Assembly: GCA_964016885.1 (NCBI GenBank)
Contig: OZ024742.1
Location: 170,190,001 to 170,254,000 of the forward strand
DNA from: Eledone cirrhosa
Taxonomy: Eukaryota
Reading direction: 5' to 3'
DNA: 64,000 nt
Numbering within the stretch: position 1 is the first letter of the stretch; each line of letters starts with the position of its first letter. Positions 41,409 through 53,262 of this stretch are shown piece after piece. Made by a program: the position numbers and the translations under genes. The notes beneath the pieces were generated by a model. It had not been told where the DNA came from, ran no database searches, and worked only from the letters and a program-made list of their open reading frames with translations.

Positions 41409-42640
41409 GTATATATGTATATGTATATATATATGTATATATGTATGTATATATGTATATATATATATGTGTATATGTATATATATGTATATGTATATAT
41501 ATATGTATATATGTATGTATATATGTATATATATATATGTGTATATGTATATATATGTATATGTATATATATATATATGTATATGTATATATATATGTAT
41601 ATGTATATATGTATGTATATGTGTATATATGTGTATATATATATGTATATGTGTATGTATATATGTATATATATGTACATATATATGTATATATATGTAT
41701 ATATATATGTATATATATATATGTATATATATATGTATGTATATATATATGTATATATATATGTATGTATATATGTATATATATATATATGTATGTATAT
41801 ATATATGTATGTATATGTATATATGTATATATATATGTATATATATATGTATATATATATGTATATATGTATGTATGTATATATATATGTATATATGTAT
41901 GTATGTATATATGTATATATATATGTATATATATATGTATATATGTATGTATGTATATATGTATACAAATATGTATGTATATATGTATATATATATGTAT
42001 GTATATATGTATGTATATATGTATGTATATATATATGTATGTATATATGCATATATATATGTATATATGTATGTATATATGTATATATATATGTATATAT
42101 GTATGTATATATGTATATATATATGTATGTATATATGTATATATATATGTATATATATGTATATATATATGTATATATATGTATATGTATATATATGTAT
42201 ATATATGTATATATATGTATATGTATATATATGTATATATATGTATATGTATATATATGTATATATATATGTATATATATGTATATATATGTATATATAT
42301 GTGTATATATATATGTGTATATATATATATGTATATATGTATATATATATATGTATATATGTATATGTATATATATATGTATATATATATGTATATGTAT
42401 ATATGTATATATATATGTATATATATATGTATATATGTATATATATATGTATATATATATGTATATGTATATATGTATATATATATGTATATATGTATAT
42501 ATATATGTATGTATATATGTATATATGTATGTATATATGTATGTATATATATATATATGTATGTATATATGTATATATATATGTATATATATATATATGT
42601 ATATATATATGTATATATATATGTATATATATATATGTAT

Positions 42641-42671
<31 letters not shown>

Positions 42672-42733
42672 TATGTATATATGTATATATATGTGTATCT
42701 ATGCACATATATATATATATATATATATGTGTA

Positions 42734-42771
<38 letters not shown>

Positions 42772-42797
42772 CACACACCCGTGTATATGTGTATCTA

Positions 42798-42851
<54 letters not shown>

Positions 42852-42860
42852 CACACACCC
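40966..42860. repeat. ~1.9-kb (TA)n/(TATG)n microsatellite
   Basis: Directly visible. Confidence 0.98.
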
Positions 42861-42998
42861 GTGTACACGTGTGTCATCATCATCATCATCATCGTCGTTT
42901 AACGTCTATCTTCCACGCTAGCATGTGTATATCATCATCATCATCATCATCATCATCTTCGTTTAACGCCCATTTTCCACGCTAGCATCGGTTAGACG

Positions 42999-43030
<32 letters not shown>

Positions 43031-45079
43031 AAGTGGTCATATTGGTGTCATGACAAAAAGCGGCCAGCCCACACTGTAAAGTGGTTGTGTAGGAGTCACG
43101 ACAAAAAGCACTCGGCACACATTGTGAAGCAGATGTTAAACAATGATGATGATATAACTGCCATTCTTCAACTGTTACTTAACCTGCTAGAAATGGCAGG
43201 CAAATCACTCTTGTGGCAAACCCTTACCATCACCATCATTGTTATCATCACTTTTTGAAGTCTCTTTTCCATGCTTGCATGGGTTTGACTGGTTGTCATG
43301 TTCTGAGTCTTGACACATCAGATGACTGCATCATGTTCATACATTCAATTCTGACATTGTTTCTACGGCTGGATGCTCTTCATAATGCCAATCACTATAT
43401 GTGTTTCTAAACATAATGAAAATTTTACATTTTTACTTAATCTTTGTTTCACGAGTGATTTGAAAGTATTAACTTCTTGTGACTAGTTTATTATGAATAT
43501 AGAATAACTATCTATTGATATACTCTACACCCTGGGAAAATATACCAATTTATAGACCTGTTTAACTAGTGCTATTTAACCATAGATATCAAATAAAGAA
43601 ACAGTACTCTTAAATTTCTTTTTTTCTTTTCATAGCTTTTTACAGATATTTTTCCATGTTAAACTGGATGTGGTAGTTATTCCAAAATTTGTAAATTTGC
43701 ATTTTGTTGGGGAAATTGCTTTTACAACTGGATTCTCTTTTTTTTTTTCTTGTAACCCAATTGAGTGTGAAATAATACATACAAATAACACTTTGTAAAG
43801 TGGTTGGTGTTAAGGGTTTCCAGCTGTAACAACCATGCCAAAAAGGGTAGAGAGGACCCTCCAGTCATATGGTAACTTCACTTGTACTAAGGCCTCTGGC
43901 TACAACCCAATCGTCTCCCAACTCCAACTGGATGCTAGTATGGTTAGGGCTTCAGTGTATGTAATGATAGGCTGGCCTGTTCAATGAGGACTAACCTAGA
44001 ACTACACTATCATAACAACAATAACACCATAACCATCATGTAGTTATTCAATAGGGGGGATATACTGGAGTTATTTCTTTTCAAGGATCCTGAGGAATGT
44101 TTCTGTTTAATACTATGTCCTAATAGAATTCCTGTCAATTATGATACTTTTACTACATATTTGTTGGCTATAACTTCCCCTGGTACATACATCATTGCAA
44201 CTATGTGCAGTGAACCATTGATACTTTACTGCCTTTGCCAGGGACAAGACACAGCTTGAAGTGGATGGGATATAAATTATCAACTCTTTGTTAAGACATG
44301 CTGAAACTTAGTGGTAAATCATTATTTGGATATAACACCCATTATATTTGTCAAGTTTTAGAGAAGTACCTATTAGATTTCAGGATGGCTATGATGAAGA
44401 ATATTGTAGGTTTTGTGAAATAATCCTGTCCCTAATATTTCAATAATGGATAAAATGGCATTGCAGGATTTGTTCTGGTTCTTTATATTCTGAATTCAAA
44501 TTCTACTTTTTGTAATTTCCATGGTCAGTAAAATATAGTACCCCTCAAGTACTGGGGTTCATTTAGTCAAATTTGCCCTTCCTGCAAATTTGCTGGCCTT
44601 GTGTCTCATTTAGAAATCAATATCTTGCCTTCTCTATTCTGTCCACCAGGGTCTTGGAGCAGCCAGCACGTGCCCCCCCCCCCCCCCCCCGTTTGCTCAT
44701 AATAGTGAGAGAGCAAGAGAGATGGAGGCAGTTACAGGGAGAGTTTGGTTCCTTTGCGTTCGAACCTGGTATATATGTATATGTTTGATGGACACTATCA
44801 TTTCTACAACTATGAATTGAGGGGGAAAAGAAAGAAAAACATTTTTTTTTTAATGTTTAATTTCATATATCAACTCTTAAAGTCCTGTACCACATGAAAC
44901 TGCATTAGTGTACAAAACAGCTCTATGACTGTACCACATTAAATATTAAAGTTGACCATAACAGGATTTGAACTCGGAAAGTAAAGAGCAAGAACAAATA
45001 TCACAAAGGTATTTTATCCAGCATTCTACCAATTCTGCCAATCTACCACCAATAAGAGTTAATACATTAATCTGTAAAG

Positions 45080-46604
45080 CAGTAGCATAGCTATAGAGGA
45101 ACAGTCCATCCTGGGCGACACTCTTATGGGGGCTGCACCTTTGGGTCTGCTGTAGGCTCTAAGCATTCTTTTAATGCTGCAGCATATTATAATAATTGTA
45201 CACATAATAATTAATATATATATATTAGCTAGCTAGCCCGTCCGGCTGGCGCCCGGCTACCATTGGCATGTTCTATGGTATCCAGATATATATATAGCCG
45301 CCATACCTAGCTCGCTTAGATAAACAGACGATAAGCCGTCTGTGTTGTATAGTATTACTGTTGAAAATATATAGTACTAACAGTGGTACCCGGCGTTGCA
45401 CGGGATAAGGTATCTTGGAACGTGGGCCGCCAAATTTTTTTGTGCCTTGAAATTTCGGGAAAATCGGTTAGACATAACGTCTCAAAAAAGCCCTAAAAAG
45501 CTGAAAAAATGAAGTTTTTCACCTAATGCGGGCCCTAGGCCATAAAAAAGTTAGATTTTCTTTGCTCACGTTATGAAGAAGAGACTGACTAATACATAGT
45601 TACAATTTCAAGGAAATCGGTCTGACGTAATGCCTCATAAAAATCCTAAAAAGCTGGAAAAAACGCAGTTTTTCACCTAATGCGAGCCCTAGAGGATCAA
45701 ATGGTTGTGCATAACACTCCCTGAAACATAAGTAATACACGTGTAAAGTTTGAAAAAAATCGGTTGGGTGCTTCTCGAGATTTAGGGATTCAAACACACA
45801 CACACACAGACAGACATCCTCAGTTTTATATATATAGACTAGCAGAAAACCGCCCACCAGGTGGTTTTCTGCTAGTATATATATATATTACACACACAGA
45901 AATGTATATATATTTCTGTGTATATATATATATTTCTGTGTGTGTGTATATATATATATATTACACACACAGAAATGTATATATGTTTCTGTAGCACTCC
46001 TAAATTCCCCCCTCTCTCCCTCTCGCTATCCCCCTCTTGTAGTCTGTCTCTTTCTTTCACTCTCACTCTCTCTCTACGCGTGCGCAAAAAACATTCGCAC
46101 GCGCGCACGTGTTTTAGCGTCTATTCACTCTCTCTCTCTCAGTCCCTCCCGCTATCCCCCTCTCGTAGTCTGTCTCTTTCTTTCACTCTCACTCTCTCTC
46201 TACGCGTGCGCAAAAAACATTCGCACACGCGCACATGTTTCCACTGTCGGACAGACAGACAGAGAAATTGCTGGTTATATATTATAAGGAGATAATATTA
46301 CTGTTGAAAACATAATATAGTACTAGTAGAATGGCCCAGCGTTGGTCGGGATTTGCTCTAGGGATCTTATATATTTGATATATATTTATCCTTATCGAGC
46401 CTCGTGAAATAAATACGTTTGTTTATATTTTGTTATTGTGTATGCAAAAATATCTGTACACGAATATATAATTATATATACATATATTAAAATAACAGAT
46501 TAAAGTTTAAGCAAAGAATCGCTGCTTTCACCCTTAACGGGATCTTCTGAAACTAAATAAATCAATCTGTGAACGCAGAAGTAAATATTTCGAAATACGT
46601 TACA

Positions 46605-46646
<42 letters not shown>

Positions 46647-47266
46647 TATGTATACATATATACACACACGCACACACATATAGTGTCATAATGTCATAAT
46701 GCAGGCATATTATAAGGGCGCAACGTTATATCTATGTATCTATCTAAAAAGAAAGACTAAGAATTATAGAGAGAGATCATAAATCGCCTAATGCGATCCC
46801 TAGGGCATTGAAAATTTGAAATATTATTTGCTCAAAACACTCACAGGACCATAAGTATTACATGTATAAAGTTTGAAAACAATTGGTATTTCATATAAAC
46901 TGCAAAATATATGAATGTTTATTTAAGCGATCGCTAACTGGAAGTGTTGACATTTGAAAATTTAAAAGAAGTGAATCTTTAGTTAAATAATAAAATATCT
47001 TTTAACAATAATAACGAAATTTAGTAGACAAAAATTCCCTCACTTTCTTTCTTGGAAAAAGTTACATCTATGGTGCAAATTTGGGGCTGTTTGGTCCAGC
47101 TGTTTTGCCAAAAGTTTATTACATATATACGGCCGTCAGCTTTATTAATATAGATAACTTAAAGAGTTATATATATATTAAGAGCAATATGTATTTTTTG
47201 TTGGGGCCCAGAGGCGGCAAATAGAAGGGGTGCCCCGGGGCGGCACACACTCTAGCTATGTCACTG
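45080..47266. mobile_element. hAT-type MITE containing nested Helitron-like elements
   Basis: TIR CAGTAGCATAGCTA / TAGCTATGTCACTG; flanks CTGTAAAG and CCGTAGAG match 6 of 8 (degenerate 8-bp TSD). Confidence 0.65.
45228..47154 (-). mobile_element. Cluster of tandem or nested non-autonomous Helitron-like elements
   Basis: On + strand CTAG/CTAA followed by GC hairpin at ~45228, ~45377 (CCCGGCGTTGCACGGG), ~45839, ~46323; TATATAGA-type 5' ends at ~45838, ~46292, ~47154. Confidence 0.65.
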
Positions 47267-47804
47267 CCGTAGAGTATAGTATAGTTTTTGTTAACTATTT
47301 GTTTTTACAGCTGACATATTTCAGTCATTTTATATAGTATGGTTTCTATTTTGTTCTTATATTTCAGTTCATCTCTGCTTATATTACAGTTCATCTCTAC
47401 TCCTATGATTTATGTTAACTGATGATTAATCGGTATCTTTTTCTCTCTATTTTACTCCATTATTTAATCTATTTATTTACTTCTAATATTACCTATGTTG
47501 TCTACCTTTTATTTACATCATTGTTTGTTTATTCTGTCTCCACTATTGATAAATTGATAAATTTGAATCACAAACAGAAGCTAGCTATCCATTATATTTT
47601 AACATTGTATTGTACTTTGCTATCATTGTATTTTAACACTGTATTGTACTTTTTAACTACACCAAGTGAACCATCATTACATAGCAATACCATAACCTGG
47701 CCTCACTCACCTATGGCAACCTCACTTAAGGACACCACAAACTCTTTTGTTCTTTTGTCTTCCTTTTGATTTAATGTTTCAGATTTTATTTCTTTAATTT
47801 TTAT

Positions 47805-47835
<31 letters not shown>

Positions 47836-48729
47836 AAATGAAAATGTTTATATATATATATATATATATATAAATTTTAGTACAGCATTAACGAAGCTTT
47901 AGTTCGCGGCCAAGCTAACGAATGCAAACTCGATCTGTAGCTTTAGCACTCGGATGGGGAAAAGTACCCCAGAGTAATAGCAATACGGTTAGACAGCTTA
48001 GCAAATCAAATATAGCGATCGGCAGTCCAGCTGCATCACCAGAGCAACGAAAATACAGGACTCAGGAAAAGATTTTAGTTTTTTTAGTTTTCATTGTCTT
48101 TTTATTTATTCTGTGAAGGTGAATTGTTGCAACATAATAAATAGTTGTGAGTCAGAAGTTCACCTGTGAATTGATGTTGTTCACAGCTAGGCTACTGCTT
48201 ATTTTACCTGTGGACTGCTCCCTATTTACCTGTCCACTTAACAGGTTTATGTCTGTTTATTGTCATCATCATCACTCTTCTCTTTCTCTCATGGTCTGTC
48301 TATTTATCTATCCCTCCCCCCTCTCTCAAACACATACAAAAAAGTTACTTCAAGCAACTGCTTAAGTCAATAACTATATTTGAGACTTTTTGTTTTTCTT
48401 GATGACCAAAGTACTTTAAAGGGTTCACTTAGTTAACTTATTTCATCTTTATGTATTTGTTTTACTTTAATATTTAGTTAGGAAATCTTTTGATACAAAG
48501 CCCCGTTGTCATTTTATTTGTTGTCATAAATAGATGTAAGTATTTCTCTGAACAAACTGCCTTACCATGACTCTTTGCTGATGAGCAGGTGGCTTACAGT
48601 GGGTAATCTAGATATATTCTCTCTTATAACAATTAGTATTTTACTTATCCAGTTTTTCACATCACTGATAAATCTTTTGTTTTCAAGTTGTATTTTATTT
48701 TTTCATTATTACACTTATTTTCAACCTAG

Positions 48730-49052
48730 TAGAGTCGTTGGAGCGTTGGACAGAATGCTTTGCAGTATTTAGTTATGACTTTCTCCCTTCTGAGTTCAAA
48801 TCCTACTGAGGTCAGCTTTGCCATTCATCCTTTCAGGGTCATATAATAAAGAACCAGTTAAGTACTGGGTCCATTTAATTGACTTTCTCTTACTTACGAC
48901 TTTCTATGTTCTGAGTTCAAATCCCACTGAGATCAGCTTTACCTTTCATCCTTTCAGGGTCGTATAATGAAGTACCAGTTAAGTACTGGGTTCATTTAAC
49001 TGGCTTTCCTTTCCTCTAAATTACTGGCCTTGTTCCTAAAGTAGAAATCATT
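48730..49052 (+). mobile_element. Older SINE in sense orientation with internal duplication
   Basis: TTCTGAGTTCAAATCC...TTCATCCTTTC...CCAGTTAAGTACTGGG twice, ending GGCCTTGTTCCTAAAGTAGAAATCATTAT. Confidence 0.75.
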
Positions 49053-49259
49053 ATCAACATATCAAACTTTAGATAGATCCAATCCATCTACAAATGTTTA
49101 ATACACTTAACATCCCAAACATAGCTTTATTATTGTTGTTGCTGTTGATTGCTGATGTCAGTTATTTACTATTATGTAAAACTTTATACTATCTCATCAG
49201 CTTCAGCGAGGAAATAACTAACTGAAATATTTTGTTAATTAGGTACCTCGGTCTAAGCA

Positions 49260-49735
49260 ATTCCCCCTACTAGCTCTCCCCTTATCTCCCTCCCCCTCTA
49301 TTTTCTGTCCCTCCCCCACCACTCTACCTTCTGTCCCTCCCCCACCACTCTCCTCCCCCATCACTCTCCTCCCCCACCGCTCTCCTCCCCCACCACTCTC
49401 CTCCCTCCCTCTCTTCTCCCTCCCTCTCTTCTCCCTCCCTCTCTTCTCCCTCTCCCTCTTTTCCCTCCCTCTCTTCTCACCACCTCGTCCTCCCACCCTT
49501 CTCCCCACCTCGTTCTTCCCACCCCTTCTCCCCACCTCGTTCTTCCCACCCCACTGACTCCCCAATCCTCTTTCTCCCCTCCACCTCTCCCTCTTTCTCC
49601 CTTCCACCTCTCCCTCTTTCTCCCTTCCACCTCTCCCTCTTTCTCCCTTCCACCTCTCCCTCTTTCTCCCTTCCACCTCTCCCTCTCTCTCCCTTCCACC
49701 TCTCCCTCTCTCTACCTTCCACCCCTCTCTCTACA
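49260..49735. repeat. C/T-rich low-complexity and 20-bp tandem repeat
   Basis: CCCTTCCACCTCTCCCTCTTTCT-like units. Confidence 0.9.
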
Positions 49736-50829
49736 CCCACAACACTTCTATCTATACCATCCAACCACTACTCTATACTAGCTGTCCTAATTCCTTCCAT
49801 GTCCTGTGCTGCACCTAACTACATTTTATTTGCAGCAGACCTTTAATTATTATACCACATCTATGATTTATGTTGTTGTTGTCCACTTGTAGGATATTAA
49901 TTAGACCCCTTTCCACCTCAGAATGTCTTTAATAATATAATATTGCAAGGGTCTGCAGTAGTAGTAAACATGTGGGCTTTTAAATCTACAGTCCGCAATT
50001 AATTTCAGGCATATATCAACATATTTCAACTGCTCATTATTAACATATTTTAGGTTGCTTCACTATCTTTTTCTCCATCTCCCTCTCTCTTGTTCTCTTC
50101 CCTCTTTATCTCCCCTCTCTCTCTCTCTCTCTCTCTGCACATGCACATGGCTTAGTGGTTAGAGCATTGGCCTTGCAATTGACAGGTTGTGAGTTCAATT
50201 CTCGGACCGGGTGATGTGTTGTTTCCTTGAGCAAGACACTTTATTTCACATTGCTCTAGTTTACTCAGCTGTAGAAATGAGATGATAGGACTGGGGTCCA
50301 TCTCATTCCACTGCAAAGTGGTCGCGGAGGTGCCACCGAAAAAAAAGCACCCTGCACTCACTGTAAATGAGGTTGGTGTTAGGAAGGGCATCCAACTGTA
50401 GAAATCAAGTTAGAATCAGTTCCCGTCCCACCCTTGCAAGCAGGGAAAAGCGAATGTAAAATGATGATATATTGATGTCTGTCTTCATTATATTGATAGC
50501 TGATCATGGGAAAGACCTGCATCTTTAAATGGAAAGAAGAGTGGTAGAAGGTGACCATACTTGATAGGTCAACAGCCATTACACATATATCATCATCATC
50601 ATCATTTAACGTCCATCTTCCACGCTAGCATGGGTTAGACGGGTTTGTCCCATTTAGAGGCAAGTTGAGTCGAGTGACAGTGTCTTATAGGACTGTTTCT
50701 GGCTGGTTCTCTATAGCTGGATGCCCTTCCTAGCGCCAACCACATAGTGTGTGCTGGGTGCTTTTTGTCATGTACATCATCTCTCCAATTGTTACATTCC
50801 TTTGTCATCTCCTCCACGAGCTGTTGATT

Positions 50830-51202
50830 AATTTGACCCCAGTGCATTACTGGTGCTTTATTTTATCGACCCCCTTGAGGATGAAAGGCAAAGCTGACTC
50901 TGGCGAGATTTGAACTCAGAACGTAAAGAGCTGTAACTAACTATATGTTGCAAAACATGTTGTCTGATGCTCTACCAATACTGCCAATCTACTGCCCTCA
51001 TAATAATTGTTTCTACTTTTGGCACAAGGCCAGCAATTATATCAGTGTATTACTGGTACTTTATTTTATCGACCCCGTAAGAATGAAAGGCAAAGTTAAT
51101 CTCGGCGGGATTTGAACTCAGAATGGCAAGGGCCGTAACTCTATGCGTCAAAGCATGGCATTCGACTCTCTACCAATACTGCCAATCTGCCCTCATAATA
51201 AT
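50830..51202 (-). mobile_element. Two adjacent SINE copies, second flanked by TSD
   Basis: TSD CTGCCCTCATAATAAT at 50992-51007 and 51187-51202. Confidence 0.85.
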
Positions 51203-51699
51203 GATAATAATTTTCTACTTTTGGCACAAGGTCAACCATTTTGTGGGAGAGGAAAGTTGATTAAATCAACTACTGTGTGTTACCAATAAAATACCAGTAA
51301 CACACTGGGGTCGATTTAATTGACTTTATCCTCCCACAAAATTGTTGGTCTTGTGCCTAAATCACAAACTATTATTATTATTGTCAAATCCAATCTCTTG
51401 TTAGTCTGTTATATTCTCAATGTAATTATCAGAGAAGGTGGAGTTCAGTTGGATTTTAGTTACAGTTTACTATATAATCCATTCATAAATTTGGCAGAAT
51501 GTACCATAACATGATGTATCTTAGTGTTAAAAATAAGATTTAGTTTTGCTTTTCATTTTTGTTTTTGTTTTCTTTTGAAATGTTATGGCTGTCCAACTGA
51601 TACTAGCATCAGTTGGAAAGATTTTATAAAATTAGACTTTTATGAGAATATTTGTTTTAAAGACTGGAAATAGTAGCAAAATGGTGTTTAATATCATTA

Positions 51700-51908
51700 T
51701 AATAATTGTTTCTATATTTGGCACAAAGGCAGCAATTTTTGAGGGAGGGGAAATTCGATTAAATCATCCCCAGTGCATTACTGATGCTTTATTTTATCGA
51801 CCCCCGTAAGGATAAAAGGCAAAGCTAACCTCCGCGAGATTTGAACTCAGAGCACAAAGGGCCATAACTCTGTGCTGCAAAGTATGGCATCCGACCCTCT
51901 ATCGATAT
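51700..51908 (-). mobile_element. SINE copy
   Basis: Same family as 22836-23017. Confidence 0.85.
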
Positions 51909-51909
51909 G

Positions 51910-52146
51910 AAACTTATTGTGTACAGTGCTCAGGTGCACTACAACTCTTCAAAGGTGTACATAGAATAATAGTACAGAGAATAGTAAAGTGAACAGTGCA
52001 TGTGTATGGGGGGGGGGGGGTATCAGGTGTAGTGTTGGCAAATTTTGGCAAGCATGGAAGTTTTGAAGAATGCAGTGTCCCGGCAGTTAACAACTGATGC
52101 AGGTAGTTTGTTCCACTGAGTGGGGAAAAATGTTTCCGAAAGTCAT
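51910..52146 (-). mobile_element. CR1-like LINE 3' end
   Basis: Minus strand DFRKHFF...WNKLPASVVNCRDTAFFKTSM, the typical CR1/L2-group C-terminal motif, followed by a short UTR. Confidence 0.7.
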
Positions 52147-52690
52147 ACCATTACTATTAGTATCATACCATTACTATTATTATCATACCATTACTATTAC
52201 TATCATACCATTACCATTACTATTACTATCATACCATTAGTATTAGTACCATACCATTAATATTAGTATTAATACCATACCATTAGTATTAGTATCATGC
52301 CGTTAGTATTAGTATCATACCGTCAGTATTAGTATCATACCGTCAGTATTAGTATCATACCGTCAGTATTAGTATCATACCGTCAGTATTAGTATCATAC
52401 TGTTAGTATTAGTATCATACCGTCAGTATTAGTATCATACTGTTAGTATTAGTATCATACCGTCAGTATTAGTATCATACTGTTAGTATTAGTATCATAC
52501 CGTCAGTATTAGTATCATACTGTTAGTATTAGTATCATACCGTCAGTATTAGTATCATACCGTCAGTATTAGTATCATACCGTCAGTATTAGTATCATAC
52601 CGTCAGTATTAGTATCATACCGTCAGTATTAGTATCATACTGTTAGTATTAGCATATCATCAGTATTAGTATCATACTGTTAGTATTAGT
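52143..52690. repeat. 20-bp minisatellite
   Basis: AGTATTAGTATCATAC(CGTC/TGTT) units. Confidence 0.95.
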
Positions 52691-52879
52691 AGTAAAGTGG
52701 TGTTTAGTATCATACCATTAATTTTACTAGAATTAGTGTAAAGTGATGTTTAGTATCATACCATTAGTTTTAGTAGAAGTTACTTGTAGTCTGCTGGCTA
52801 GATTGGATTGAGCAATAAAAGTTTATGGGATTTTCTTTCAACAAATCAACCATTCTTTTAATATGATGGTTTGATCTTA

Positions 52880-53262
52880 TCTAACCATTTTTTATTTCCA
52901 TGGTTTAGTCATGAAAACAAGGGGCAGTGCTCTTGATCTTCACAATCCCTCCCATATTTCTATGGTTTAGTCATGAAAAAAAGGGGCTGTGCTCACGAAC
53001 TTCACAGCCCCTCCCATATTTCTATGGTTTCATCATGAAAAAAAAAGGCGTACTGCCCATGACCTTCACAACCCTTTCCATATTTCCATGGTTTAGTCAT
53101 GAAAAAAGAGGGCAGTGTTCATGACCTTCACAGTTCCTCCCATATTTCCAGGTTCAGTCATGAAAAAAAGGGGCAGTGTCCACAACTGTCTCAGTCTATC
53201 CAATATTTCCATGCTTTATTCATGACAAAAGGGACAGTGCCCATGGCCTTCACAGTCCTTCC
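52880..53262. repeat. ~62-bp diverged tandem repeat
   Basis: CCATATTTCCATGGTTTAGTCATGAAAAAA.GGGCAGTG units, about 6 copies. Confidence 0.85.

Noticed and set aside
40852-42985. Five overlapping 640-660 aa ORFs (and similar ones at 0.2-7.5 kb)
   Set aside because: Translations of (TA)n/(TATG)n microsatellite that lack stops by composition; not genes
49239-49764. Arg/Gly/Glu-rich ORFs
   Set aside because: Translation of polypurine/polypyrimidine tandem repeat
50147-50210. tRNA gene-like A/B boxes
   Set aside because: SINE heads continuing into repeat body; no full cloverleaf
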